This document shows, piece after piece, positions 25,690-37,989 of a stretch of DNA of 64,000 nt (its first letter is position 1; the number at the start of each line of letters is the position of its first letter). The notes below the pieces were generated by a model that had not been told where the DNA came from, made no database searches, and was given only the letters and a program-made list of their open reading frames with translations. The stretch lies in NCBI RefSeq assembly GCF_032191835.1, contig NC_083227.1:137082001-137146000 (forward strand). Direction: 5' to 3'. The position numbers and the translations under genes are program-made. The stretch is from Heteronotia binoei. Taxonomy: Eukaryota.

Positions 25690-27040
25690 AATAAAATTGG
25701 TCACAACTTTATTGGTTACAGCTGTAGTGAGCCTTGGCACAGCATGGGGTAAGGATCCCACTCATCGACTGACCCGCCTGCCAGTCGATGCTCCGCTGGT
25801 CACCTTGGGATGGGAGGTTTGGGATTCCACTAGGGCGGAAGCCCAGAGGTGGTCTCCCCTGCCACCTGAGTGTGAGGCTAATCCCCCAGTTTACCAGCCC
25901 CAGGGTTGGGCACATCAGTTGCCCCCCACACCAGAATCCCTTAAGGGGATCCCCGTAATCCGGAAGTGGGCACGCAGGCCGATTTCCTAAGAATGGATCC
26001 AGCCCCATGCTGATACTGCCACAAGAGCTGACCTTAGTCGGCTCCCGCCAAAGCTCTTACAGCTGTAGCCAAGGGCATAGGGAATCCCCAATACTATGTA
26101 CCCATACAACAAGTGACCCCCTCAGGACAAAGCAGGACCTCCAGTCATGTAGAAATGTCAGGGTGCTGAATCCAGCGACCCTCCAAAGCGTCCATGATCC
26201 TCTGCAGCCTCTTGGTTGGCTTCTGCTTTGCCAACTTTTTGCCAACTTTGGCACTGCAGCCCGTTACACTAAGCAAATCATCTCTTCCAGGAGTATCTCC
26301 CACAATGTCTTCAATGGCTCTGTGTACCAGCACACTGCCAGAGTGGGCTCCGAGTAGTTCTCCATCAAGTTGTATCAACAGCATGTTGGGGGGACCATGG
26401 GGGACCGAATGAGACCACAACCTGGGGAAGAGGTCCTTCCACTTCACCTGTCACTCACCACACCAAGTGACTCCCACCTTGTCCTGCAGGCCAACATCCA
26501 ATCCCTAGCCAGACAATGCTGTGCCTGCAAATTCAGGCTGACTGGTGCTGTTCCCTCTGAAACTAAGAGAGTCAATGGTAAAGGAGTCAATGGTAAAGAG
26601 TCAAGATAACATACTGTGTCTGCAGATCCACACTGACTGGCCCTGACCCTCTGAAAATGATGGAATCAACTGTAAAGGCAACAATACACAGCGGGAACCC
26701 AATGCAGCCTAAAATAAATCTTGTAAACCTCTGTGTCGACGTTAAATGACAGAACCAGGGGCATCCCATTCCATGCCTCCCTATGTCAATTGACTCCCAC
26801 ATAAGTCTGCATAGATGCTTGACCAGTGCACAACGTCATGCTCCATCGATCTGCAATGTTGTGCCCACAGGTTCCAATGGATTCCTGCAAGCCCCCTGGA
26901 AACGAATGAATTGATGTTAGGCATCAGCTGTTCTCCTGAAATGGAATAAATCATTGTTACACATCTAAAGCCAGTTGCAGATGGATGTACATCTGCTCGC
27001 CTCAGTGCCATCTCCATGGCCCTGACATTTTAGGACTGCA
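25690..27040 (-). mobile_element. Highly degenerate Ty3/Gypsy-like protease/pre-RT remnant
   Basis: Minus-strand pieces such as KDLFPRLWSHSVPHGPPNMLLIQL resemble the Gypsy 'DVF...LPPHR..D..IEL' segment; many stops and frameshifts. Confidence 0.4.
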
Positions 27041-27214
27041 AGCCATCCTCCAACGTGCTACATCCTGCCTGGCACCTCCTGGCTGAGGTCACATAGCCTA
27101 CTTGTACAAGGCAGTGCAGATGCACCCCATGCACAATGCGTGCATGTGAACTCATACATCTTTGTATCATTGCCCATCCTTGTTATCCCCTGGGATTGAA
27201 TAAGGCATAGTTAA

Positions 27215-27330
27215 TACTTACTGTTTGAGCAGACTTCAGAGGATGGTAGAAGACAGGATGGCCTGGCGTGACTTTGTCCATGGGGTCGCAAAGAGTCAGA
27301 CTCGACTGCGACCAAACAACAACAACAATT
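27215..27330 (+). mobile_element. BovB-type RTE 3' end fragment
   Basis: GGCCTGGCGTG...GTCCATGGGGTCGCAAAGAGTCAGACTCGACTG followed by (CAA)n. Confidence 0.75.
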
Positions 27331-27369
27331 ACTTAGTGGCCTGTGCAATGTGCCTGCAACTGCGTCCGC

Positions 27370-27700
27370 TGCCTCCCTGGAACTGAACAGACGTTGTAAA
27401 TAGAATAAATCATCAGCAGTGTGTGCCCAAGAGTGTGCATGCAATTCCATGTTCTGTACGATGCAGCTCCACGCGCCTTATGCTGGGTCTCTAGAACTAA
27501 ATAGACATTGTAAATAGACTAAATTGTCAATAGCATGTGCCAAGAGTGTACCTGTAACTCCATGCTCCTTATGATGCCTCCCTGGAATTGAACAGACATT
27601 GTAAGTAGACTGAATTGTCAGCAGTCGGTGCACAAGAGTGTGCCCGCAACTCCATGCCCCTTATGCTATGTCTCTAGAACTGAATAGACATTGTTGACAA
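27370..27700 (+). repeat. Degenerate tandem repeat, 4 units of ~90-115 bp
   Basis: Recurring CT(G/A)GAA(C/T)T(G/A)AA(C/T)AGAC(A/G)TTGT at ~27377, 27492, 27581, 27673, each but the last followed by ...CAAGAGTGT...CCATG. Confidence 0.75.
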
Positions 27701-27719
27701 TCAAATGCCCCAGTATAAC

Positions 27720-28660
27720 CTGCCTAAGGCCTCACTGCATCCCTAGGCCACTCAGGGTCAGCCAACCATGTACCCTGTGTGCTACTCCCTGTGTGTGCCA
27801 CCCTAAATGGAATACGTACGGTCAAGAGTTTCTGGCTGTGTTAAAGATGGCTGCTGGTGTGCAAGGCTGTGCCTGGAACCCCATACTTCACAGCACTGCC
27901 TCCATGGAACTGCATAGGCATTGTTAACAAACAACAGCCCAGTGCAGCCTGGGTGTAATGCTTCCTGCATCCAAGTGAGGTTATGTATGGCCAGGCCAGG
28001 GCCCAATGCCATGTTTGCCAGTCCACCCTAGTTCTTGCCACATTCCTGGAACTGAAGGACATGTTAACAATTGAAGGTCATGTTACCAAACGGCAGGCAT
28101 TTCACAGTGCCGTGACTACAAATGCCCTCAAGTCCAAACTCATATGCACCACATATCTGGTCTGGAAGAAGGTAGTGTTACAGAGCTCCTCAGAAAATTG
28201 TACTGAATACCTCCCCCCATGGAGGTGAGACAAGGCATCGGTGACCTTAATATCAACGCCCACTGTGTGACTTGTAGGAAAAATTATGAAAGAGGCTGAT
28301 AGGTGTGCTAAGGGCAGGCAGATAACTGTTAAAGGAGGGAATAATTACCGTTCTCTGAGCCATGGATTTTTAAAATTATGATTATTATTAAATTATTATA
28401 CTACTATGGTTCTATGTGCAAGGCTTTGCTCCCTTTGGTGTGCATTGCGCTAAGGGACCCCAAGCTTCCGGCCCTGGCCATGCCTACGATGGAACACCCT
28501 GGGAAATGTGGCAAGGTAAAAAGGTTGGCCACTGGTGCCAGGCTATGGAACCTTGCCTCCTGAAGGTGAAATGCACTATCTGTGATGCTGTTCTCAATAC
28601 CTAGCCCAGGGCCAGTTGCCAACACCCGGACATCTCACTACCGTCACCTTCCCATGTGGA
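27720..28660 (+). mobile_element. Possible BED zinc-finger remnants of a hAT transposase
   Basis: Interrupted peptides ARAQCHVCQSTL...TTNALKSKL and KVKCTICDAVL resemble BED Cx2C openings; no intact ORF. Confidence 0.35.
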
Positions 28661-29460
28661 ACTGCTGTCAAACTCACCGCTACACTACATCTTTGTGCTG
28701 TCACCCATTCTAGCACATTATATTGATGGCATGTCCCCATCTAAGTGCTTCTCAATCCAAGTGATGGCTCAGCCAGTGCGTGTGTAAGACAGATGTGTTA
28801 AGAAAGGTGGACCCACAGCCATGCCCTGTGCAGTTGGCACTGCATGACAAGGCATGTCCCCATATACACTCCACTGGGCCAATGAAGGAGAGCCCATGTG
28901 ATGTGTTTTGATGTGGGCCCTGGCAATTGTGTACAGGCCTCGAAGCTGTGCATTGAATGACTCAAAGACAGCAATTGTGATCGCATTCACTTCATGGCCA
29001 CAAATGGCCCCAGTTGAATCCCTATGAAACTAGTGTGACTGCTTGTGGTGACAGAGCCACTGTCCTGATATGACGGAATCCACAAACCCTTAATGCCTGG
29101 GCCATACCCACTGGCAAAGATCCATCATGTAGCAAAGTCCCCTGACTTCACCTTGTTGGAAGTGCATGTATGGATACCTTTGGATATTGCCGAGGTGGTA
29201 CAGATGCCACCTCCGCCCCGCTTGCTCCTCTTCTGCCCTCCAGGCTGTTGACCTACAGCCACTCATTTTAAGATCTCCCTGAGTCATTGGAGGGCCCTGC
29301 CTCTGAGAAAAGGACTGGTTCTGACAATGCATCTCTGCTGCTGACCACCAACCAGGTGTGGAGAAGGATGCAGTAGGCCACGCCTTAAGGAGGGCACTGT
29401 AGTCTGATTGGTGAGCCTACTTGGAGACCTGCTGTGCTAGACTTGAAGAGAGGTATTTAG

Positions 29461-29729
29461 AAAAAAGATGATACTGGATTTACACCCCCACCTTCCACTC
29501 CCAATCTCAGAGTGGTTTCGATTTCTTTTGCCTTCCTCCCCCACGACAGACACCCTGTGAGGTGGGTGGGGCTGAGAGGCCTCTCACAGAAGCCACCCTT
29601 TGAAGGAAAACTCCACGAGAGCTATGGCTGACTCAAGGCCATTCCAGCAGCCACAAGTGGAAGAGTGAGGAATAAACACAATTCTCCCAACTAAGAGTCT
29701 GCGCACATAACCATTACGCCAAATTGGCT
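29461..29729 (-). mobile_element. Squam3-like CORE SINE, older copy
   Basis: Aligns by eye along its length to the 37084 and 41066 copies. Confidence 0.75.
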
Positions 29730-30605
29730 TTAGTGACTTTAGTGAGTGCAAGCCTCCCCCCCCACACACACACATCTAGCCACATCAGCATACTGAGTGT
29801 TTGAACTATGTGCCATGTGACTAGCAGGTGTTCTGCTGCTGAGCTGCCATTCTTTGCAGGGAGTAATTCACCAGGGGAATTCACACTGAAAATACACCTG
29901 CGGGTGCTTAGCCAGCCCTGCTCCTCTGCATCTTATTATGACTGCTACTATTATTATTATACATCCTTTTAAAATGCTTCAGATTGCCTAGATTGACTCT
30001 TAAAGCAAAGGTGTCAAATATTGGATTCAGGTTGCTGCCATTCTCTCTTTCTGTTGCATGCAGAAAAAAACAGACTTCTATGTGGAACTTGGCCTCAGCT
30101 TTGGCAGAATTTGGATCATTCAAAATTAAGTATACCATGCTGAATTCCGTCTTATCATTCAATTGCAATTTGAGGTACAGAACTGCTAAATGAGGACTGC
30201 CTTTTCGCTGAACACATCCTAGTTATTACACAATTTAGGTGTGAAATCAATGCTAAACCTTGACACAACTGAAAGGTTGAAGAAGTGAATGGGGGTGGCT
30301 TTCAATTGCATGCATCTGTGTGGCCACCTTAAACTTCCCATCCAAATCCTACCCTGACCTAACTGCTACACCTGCAAGATCTGCTGAGATTGTTCAGGCT
30401 GTCCTGCTGAGGATCTATACTCTGTCTCTCCTTCTACCTACCCAGTTCAAATACCTATCTATCCCAGTAACTACCTACCCCCTCTTCCATCTATCTAACT
30501 ACCCTCTGTACTATCTACCTGCCCCTAACTCTGAATCCCAATACTGTCTCCAATAGCTGCCTGAACCCACCAGTAGTGATGGAGCTCATCACCCAGAGGT
30601 TTAAA

Positions 30606-30892
30606 AAGGTAAAGGTAGTCCCCTATGCAAGCACCAGTTGGTTCCGACTCTGGGGTGACATTGCTTTCACGTTTTCATGGCAGACTTTTTGTGGGGTGGT
30701 TTGCCATTGCCTTCCCCAGTCATCTACACTTTCCCCCCAGCAAGCTGGGTACTCATTTTTACCAACCTCAGATGGAAGGCTAAATCAACCTGGAGCCGGC
30801 TACCTGAACCAGCTTCTGCTGGGATCAAACTCAGATCATGAGCAGAGAGCTCCGACTGTAATATTGCAGCTTTACCACTCTGTGCCACGGGG
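30606..30892 (-). mobile_element. Sauria SINE (Squam1-like)
   Basis: AAAGGTAAAGGTAGTCCCC is the reverse of the (ACCTTT)n tail; reverse complement matches 10433-10730. Confidence 0.85.
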
Positions 30893-31829
30893 ATAGGAGC
30901 CTATAAATGTGTGTAAAACTAAGTCTGGGAAATCCCCAGTCAGCCCCTGATGGCTGGCAATATCTGTCTCTGGTTCATACAAAGTTCTGGGCAATCCCCA
31001 GCCAGCAACTGGAGATTAGCAAATGTGAATCTGTGCCTTAACGCTTCTGGAAGATCCCCAAACTGTCTCTTGAAAGTTGCCAACACTTGAATCACAGGAA
31101 GTGGGGGGGGGAAGGTGTCTGTGTGAGAAATTCCTGTGCCTTGGAGATGCCCTGGAGGGAGCTGGCAGCCCCAGCCCTGTGCCCCGCTCTGGATTTCCAC
31201 CCCCCTTGTGTGCAAGTGTGGCCATGGGGGCAGAACCAGTCACAGGTGCCATCTTCAAGCAGGTGCAGTTGTGGTGGAGGCAGCTCTTGGCTGGCATGTA
31301 GAGCTTGTTACTGGCATGTTGCTCTGAATTCGGAAAAAAGACAGCATTCAAGAGTGGTCCCCCCTACCCTGCCGCCTGCCATAGAGGACCAAATGCAAAG
31401 CTGAATTTAGAGTTATTGAGATGCCGTTTGCCCATTTGAAATAAATTCAGGCAGCCACCTTACTGAATTGACCTCCCCTCCTACAACTGAACCAGGGCAC
31501 CACCATTTCCCCCAGACTGCAGGACAAGGCTACAGCATGAAGCTGCCTCAGAATGAATCAGACCATAGCAGCCAGTTACTGTGTGAAGCTGCAGTCTGAA
31601 TGTGAAGCTGTCTTATACCGAATCCCAGCAGCCTGGTTGCAGCACAAAAACTGCTTTGTCCAGAAAAATAAACTGCTCCATACTGAATCAGATCCCTGCC
31701 ACCAAGCTGCAGCAATCCACTGATTTTATACTCAAACAGACCGCTGCAGCCCCCCCCCCCCCCAGCCAGCCGTGCCATCTGATTACAGAGTGAAGCTGCC
31801 TCCTTTGCACACTATGTGAAGGTGCTGTA

Positions 31830-32282
31830 CTGTAAACTAACTTGAACCCTACTGCTTGTGACAAGCATAAGTGAACTCCAAAGGGAGTTCTGGCCATCAC
31901 ATTTAAAGAGGCCGCACACTTTTTAAATGCCTTCCCTCCTTTTAGAAATAATTAAGGCTAGGATCACCTTCTTTTGGGGCTCATAGAATTGGACCCCCTG
32001 GTCCAATCTTCTTGAAACTTGGAGGGTGTTTTGAAGAGAGGCACCAGATGCTATGTTGAAAATTTGGTGTCTCTATCTCTAAAAACAGCCCCCCACAGAG
32101 CCCCAGACACCCAGAGATCAATTTACCATTATACCCTATGAGAATCGATCTCCCTAGGAAATAATGGACTGCCCAGCAGACATTACCCCCCTCCCCCCTG
32201 TGCTTTCTGATGACCCTGCCATGGGGAGGGAGGCATCAAATTGGGAGAATCCCTGCTCCCACCTGGGGATTGGCAACCCTAG
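31830..32282. mobile_element. Long-form TAGGGTTGCCA MITE, left end degraded
   Basis: Matches 20690-21112 (GGGAGTTCTGGCCATCACATTTAAAG...GGGGATTGGCAACCCTA). Confidence 0.75.
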
Positions 32283-34340
32283 CCATATGAGCCCTCAGCG
32301 CTGCAAAAATAGACTAATAGAGGTGGATTTTAACTCCTGAAATGATCTCCCCCCCCTTTTTTTGGCTCAACTGGGGAAGCAGATCCAGATGTGACATGAC
32401 AAGGCTGCTAGGGGGCCCGGTTGGCTGTGCTTCCCGGGGGGAGGGTTACCCTCATGGTGTATCACTGCAACGTGGAAGTAAAGAGCATTTCTGCTACTTT
32501 TACCCGGTCAGCTCGTCTGCTCTGTCCCTTTCCTCATTGCTGCCTTCTCTGGGGCTTTGTACTTCTGAGCAACAAAGCCACATGTGTGGCCTGGGACTGG
32601 GGGAGCGTGCATGCCTTCCAAGCAATCCGATGGTCAAAGAGGGCAGGCAGCGCTGGGTCCTAAGTAGCTGCTGCTCAGCCCTCCCTCTGACCAATCCCAG
32701 AGACAGCTCATAAGGCCAGCATCAGGCTGAGGGCAGGGCCTGCTTCTCGTGCTTGGCCTGGCCCACCCCCTCCACCCGACAGAAGGCTGCCCTCCCTCTT
32801 ACCCCTCCGTGCAGAGCCACAACTGGGACCAGGCTGAGTCCAGGTCCTTGCTTTCGAAGATAAATTAAAGAAGGATTTAAATTTCAATGTGCTTATGAAA
32901 AAGTTGAAATGGATCAACAAATATCTGCAGCACAGTGATCTTAATCTTCAAGATAATTTATTTAAGACCCAACAGCAAGCAATTAATGTAAACATCCCAA
33001 TTAGGCAATGATACTTATGGAAGGAGAGACTATGGAAAGATGACAGCCATACAGTACTATCCTGAGCAGGTCGAATCCTACTCAGGGCTATTCAGTAGGC
33101 TATAAATTAACAAACTGAACTCTGAAATTTTGGGAGAATGTGCTGAATGGCAGTGTCTCGGAAGATGTTTCACGCACAGCTGCAAGACCTGTGGTTTCTA
33201 TAACTTCTGCTACTTGGTTGCATTATCCACCATGAATAGAACTTTCATCCCTGAGAAATGACACAGTGACCAAAGTTCTCTATGGTTCCTGAATTCTGAA
33301 GATCTGATTGTCATTGTGCTTTGGGCATGCTCTGTTGTCGACTAAAAACAGTTATTAATTGTTGAGCAATCACTAAGACTTTTGATGATCCTTGTGATTA
33401 AGTAGTTTCTGATTATATATACATGCCTGTCATCCCACTAGAAGGCATTCTAACCACTCAGTGAAAAATGGCAAAACTCCTGGGCTGTTACTAACTAAAA
33501 TTACTTTTTAAATTTAATCATCTTGGCAAAAGTAAAGTGGCTGTTTTAGAGCTCAGATGATTTTGAGTGTATTCTGATTAAAATTCTCTTTCTGATTCAT
33601 CAAGGAACGAATTAAGGAAGGGTCACTGGCCTTCATCATTGGTGGTTCTAATCTACAAAGCAAATGGTTTATTGAATCAAAATTAAATTGCTTAATTTAC
33701 GGTCAAAGTGTTTAAGTGTTCACTTGTAGCAGAATCATGTTTTTGCATTTTATAAAGCACACATAGGAAGCATGGTAATACAAAGCTGTTTTAGTATGTA
33801 GATCTTAATAATATAACTTTCTGTATAGATAAATAATTAGAACTTTGCAACTGTCTATCTTAATGTGGGGTTTTGTGATCTGGGAGGAGCCTTAAATAAA
33901 GTATATGGTTACAGTTAGCATTTGTGAATTAAAGTAAGTAGTAGCAATAAATGTATGTATCTTGTCTGGGGACAACAAATCACAGGCCAGACTTAATTTG
34001 TGTAAGCTGTCCATGAGTACAGCAGCTCCCAGAGCACAGTTTGACTTTTACATTTTTATCTTGACTTTCTTCTAAGTAGCTCTCAGCAGCACACACAGTT
34101 CTCCACTTCACCATTTTGTCCTCACAACAACCCTGTGAAGTAGGTTAGACTGAGAAAAAGATACTGATCCTAAAAGATCATCCAGTGAGCTTCATGGTTA
34201 AATTAATCTAGGCATCAAGTACAATAGCTCTAGTATGTTTTCTTTAGGCTGAAGGAAGTTCCTCTACCTTAAAGAGCCTTCAAAACAGTGCTTCATCTAG
34301 TCCAGTACTGTTTCGTACAGCAACCAACCAGATATAGCAA

Positions 34341-34838
34341 CAGAGCTGGTCCCCAAATCAGGCCCCATGCCCTTCATGCAAATGCTGCACCACTTGACCT
34401 TTCTGTGGCACAGGATAGCCAGATGGCCCTGTTCGCCATGAAAATGCCCCCCCCCCGCTCGACCTTCCCGCGGCAGGGCCAGATGGACCCTGCACAAACA
34501 CCCCCCTCAACTTTTCCACAGTGCGGGAAAACCAAACGAGGCCAGATGGCTCCATTTGCACAGAGGGCTCCTCTTGTGCAAATGCCCCCCCCCTTGACCT
34601 TCCCGTGTGCGGGAAAGCTGAGCGGGGCCAGATCACTCAGCCCTTTGCTTCTCCAGTGCCCTCTGAGGATGCTGGGGAAGGGAAATGCCTCTTTTTCTTG
34701 GCTCTGAGGGATCAGGGGAGCTCCTCCAATCCCTCAGAGCTGAGAAAAAAAATAAGCCAGAGGCTCAGGAATGGCGTGAGCAGGAAGCTGACACCCTAGG
34801 CAATCACCTAGTTCACTGACTCCCATGCGCCGGCCCTG
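34341..34838. mobile_element. 498-bp hAT MITE (CAGGGCCGG TIR family) with internal repeats
   Basis: Termini CAGAGCTGG / CCGGCCCTG; perfect 8-bp TSD TATAGCAA (34333-34340 / 34839-34846). Confidence 0.75.
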
Positions 34839-34846
34839 TATAGCAA

Positions 34847-35250
34847 CTAGAATTACACACAGTATTCCAGATGTGGCCACACCATTGCTTTGAATGAGGG
34901 TATTATAATATTGGCCATTTTATTTTCAATTCCTCTTCTAATAATTCCTAACATGGAGTTTGCTTTATTCACTGCTGCTGCAAACTAGATTGACATTTTC
35001 ATTGAGCTTTCCACAGCACCCCCAAGATCTCTTTCAATCTCAGGCAGTTCAGACCTCACTGCCCTATATTTATAATTAGGATTGTTTCTGTTTCAGTATG
35101 AATCGCCTTACATTTAGCTACATCAAACTTCATAACATTGTTGCCCACTCACCCAATCTAGAGAGATCCTCCCATAGCTCTTTATATTTCACCTTTGTTT
35201 TCACCATCCTGAACAATTTAGTATCACTTGCAAATTTTGTGAGTGAATGG
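34847..35250 (-). mobile_element. CR1 LINE RT-region fragment
   Basis: CAGTATTCCAGATGTGGCC...CTAATAATTCCTAACATGGAGTTTGC CR1 motifs in reverse. Confidence 0.7.
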
Positions 35251-35558
35251 TTTACTAGTTTGTGAATGGATACATTTCCAGACAGACCGTCTCTGCTCAA
35301 TTAAATTGTTTACAAAACTCCAAAGCAATGGGGGTGGAATTCTCCAGCTTTAGAAACACCAGTAGGAGCCCTCAAAAGCTTAACAGGCATTGCTGGCTGC
35401 CAATAACAGAGTTCCCATTCTGCTCTATGGAATCAGAAAAACTCTATACTGCTCTGCTCAGCTCCATACCTTTTCGTCTGTCTGCTGTTTCTCATTGCAG
35501 TTACCCAAAGAGGCAGGGAACTTGTTAAAAGCCAATTAGCAGAGCACATTCATTTAGT

Positions 35559-35895
35559 CCCTCCTGATTTTGAACACTTCTTCCCTGTTGGGCTTTGGGT
35601 GTTAGGTGGACTCAGTCAGGACTCTGAGTCATCCTGTCTTGCTGTTCATGCTGAGTGGAAGGTCTTAGCTACTGGATGCCTTGGCTGAGTGATAACTGAC
35701 ATATTATACCCTCCTAATTGGGAACTTCTCTCACCTGCTGAGGTTTGGGTGCTAAGTGGATTCAGGGCTCTGAGCCAAACTTGTTTCTCTGCTCATGCCA
35801 AGTGCCTCAGATAAGGACCCACATTTTATACCCTCCTGATTCTGAACTCCTTTCCCCTGCTGGGTTTTGGGTGTTAGCTGGGCTCAGGACTCATT
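35559..35895 (+). repeat. Degenerate tandem repeat, 3 units of ~120-150 bp
   Basis: CCCTCCT(G/A)ATT...TTTGGGTG(T/C)TA.(G/C)TGG...CAGG recurs at ~35559, 35707, 35829. Confidence 0.7.
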
Positions 35896-36169
35896 ATTAC
35901 GCAAGAGAGATCAGACCAGATGACATCCTTGAGTGACCATAACTCCTGGGGATCAGCGTCAGCAGTCTCAAAGGACTCCCTCACCATCACCTCTGCTGAA
36001 TCATCCACTATTGCACACCAGGCATCCAGGGTTTCTCCCTGGCTTTGCTCTTTGAGACAGTGGTGCTGGGCTGTGACTCCTCCTCCCCCCGCCCCCAGCC
36101 ACTTCCACCCACTGTTCCCTTTGGCCACCTGTAGCCTCCACAGTCTTTGCAGAGTTCACACTTCTGTTG

Positions 36170-36480
36170 CAAGAGCTCTACATTCAGGAGAGCAATGCTG
36201 CCTGGTATCTGGGGTTCCATCTATGCCGTGATTATGAATTTGGTGGACCAGAAAGGTGCCATGCAAGATATCATCTTCTCCTCCATGATTATCCTACAGG
36301 AGGAAGAGGAACTCAGCATCAGTTTCAATGACTGGCTGACCCTGTTCCAAATGGTGCATGTCCTCAAACACTTCCAGGACACCACCATTGTAATGTGTGT
36401 CCATATGGCCAACCTGTGGCAAGTCATCCCCCTGATTCAAGGTCTGGATACACACTGGCCTCCGCACTAGAGCTGGCTAG
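36170..36480 (+). mobile_element. hAT transposase catalytic-domain remnant (ZBED-like)
   Basis: WGSIYAVIMNLVDQKGAM...DWLTLFQMVHVLKHFQDTT...VIPLIQGL resembles the hAT 'RWNST..ML.RL.EQ..A...W..L..L..F..AT...VIP' pattern. Confidence 0.55.
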
Positions 36481-36779
36481 TCTTCCATGGGTCAAGGCCT
36501 TGGCAGAGCAGTTGAAGGAGGTCATCACCCCCAGGTTGCTCTCTGCAATAAAGGGGAGTACAAGCTTGGGAGAGGGTCAGCCAGTCATTGGATCTGGCTT
36601 CAGGATTATCAAAAAACAAGGGGGTTGAATGTCTCCTGGGCTCTCCACTTCACTCTATGGAGATTGGTCCCCATAGGGTATCATGGAGGATTGATCACCA
36701 GGTATCTCAGGCTCTAAGGGGGGATGCTTTTGAGTTAGGGCAGCAAAGTTTCAGCATAGCATCTGGTGCCTTTCCTCAA

Positions 36780-36994
36780 AACACCTCCCAAGTTTCAAAA
36801 AGATTGGACTAGGAGGTTCAGTTCTATGAACCCAAAAGAAGGTGCCCCCATCCTCCATTATATTCAGTGAAGGAAAGGCATTTAAAAGGATTGCCAGATT
36901 TCCCTTCAGAGTTCAATTGTGCTTGTCACAGCCTGACTCCTAGCTCCATTCCCAAAATCCCCAGATATTTCTTGAATTGGACCTGGCAACCCTA
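36780..36994. mobile_element. Partial long-form TAGGGTTGCCA MITE
   Basis: Reverse complement of 20607-20830; ends GGACCTGGCAACCCTA. Confidence 0.7.
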
Positions 36995-37002
36995 CTCTGT
37001 AC

Positions 37003-37467
37003 CAGTGTTCCCTTTAAGCTGAGTTAGTGTGAGCTAGCTCGGAGTTTTTTAGCCTGTAGCCCACACATTTTTGCCTTAGTTCAGGAAGAAGAAGATATTG
37101 GATTTATATCCCGCCCTCCACTCTGAAGAGTCTCAGAGCAGCTCACTATCTCCTTTACCTTCCTCCCCCACAACAAACACCCTGTGAGGTGGGTGGGGCT
37201 GGAGAGGGCTCTCACAGCAGCTGCCCTTTCAAGGACAACCTCTGCCAGAGCTATGGCTGACCCAAGGCCATGCCAGCAGGTACAAGTGGGGGAGTGGGGA
37301 ATCAAACCCGGTTCTCCCAGATAAGAGTCCGCACACATAACCACTACACCAAACTGGCTCTCCGGGAAGGACTGCCATAGCCAAATGGCTCACTCACAAC
37401 TTTAAAGCCAGTAGCTCACGAAGTATAATTTTTGCTCACAAGATTCCAGAGCTTAGAGGGAACATTG
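37003..37467. mobile_element. hAT MITE (CAGTGTTCCC TIR) containing a nested SINE
   Basis: TIRs CAGTGTTCCCTTTAAG / CTTAGAGGGAACATTG; perfect 8-bp TSD CTCTGTAC (36995-37002 / 37468-37475). Confidence 0.8.
37084..37362 (-). mobile_element. Squam3-like (tRNA-CORE-L2 tail) SINE
   Basis: (GAA)n tail; reverse tRNA head CCACTACACCAAACTGGCTC; near-identical to the 41066 and 51054 copies. Confidence 0.85.
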
Positions 37468-37989
37468 CTCTGTACTGCTGGGGAATACACCCACCTTCCT
37501 TCTCCCCAGGTTGTCCTGGGAGCTGGTGAGATAGGTCTGAAAAGGAGATTGGCTTCTCTTTCCTAAAGCTTAAACAGGCTTCTGTGAATACCTCCTTTGC
37601 TTTGGTTTCTCCAGCTTCTTCCCAGCCTTCTGCACCTTCAAGACTGCAGCTACAGGTTTGGCTTGGGTCTTCACAGTTGATGCAGCACCTTCAACAGCAT
37701 TTCTGGTGTCTCTGCTCCATGGATGGGTGTGTGGTTTGTCCGGGTGTTCTGTTGGGGTGGGGCTTGGGATTGGCCTGAGCTTTCCTTTTAGTTTAGGGAA
37801 TTACCTCTGACCTTGAACAGTGGGGTAACTTTGAGGAGCCCCTGTTGGAAGTCTTTTGTCATATCTGCCTTTCTGTCATTGCATCACTTAAAATGGAAAA
37901 CTCTGATTTCCACTGGTCTAGTGGGGCTGTAGTGCTGTAGTCATGGGGTAACTATGGGAAGCCCCTATCAGAAGTCTCTTGTAATGTCT

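Noticed and set aside
27370-27700. Repeat-spacer-like pattern suggesting a CRISPR array
   Set aside because: Whole units are homologous and degenerate, spacing is irregular, the context is a vertebrate intron, and there are no cas genes
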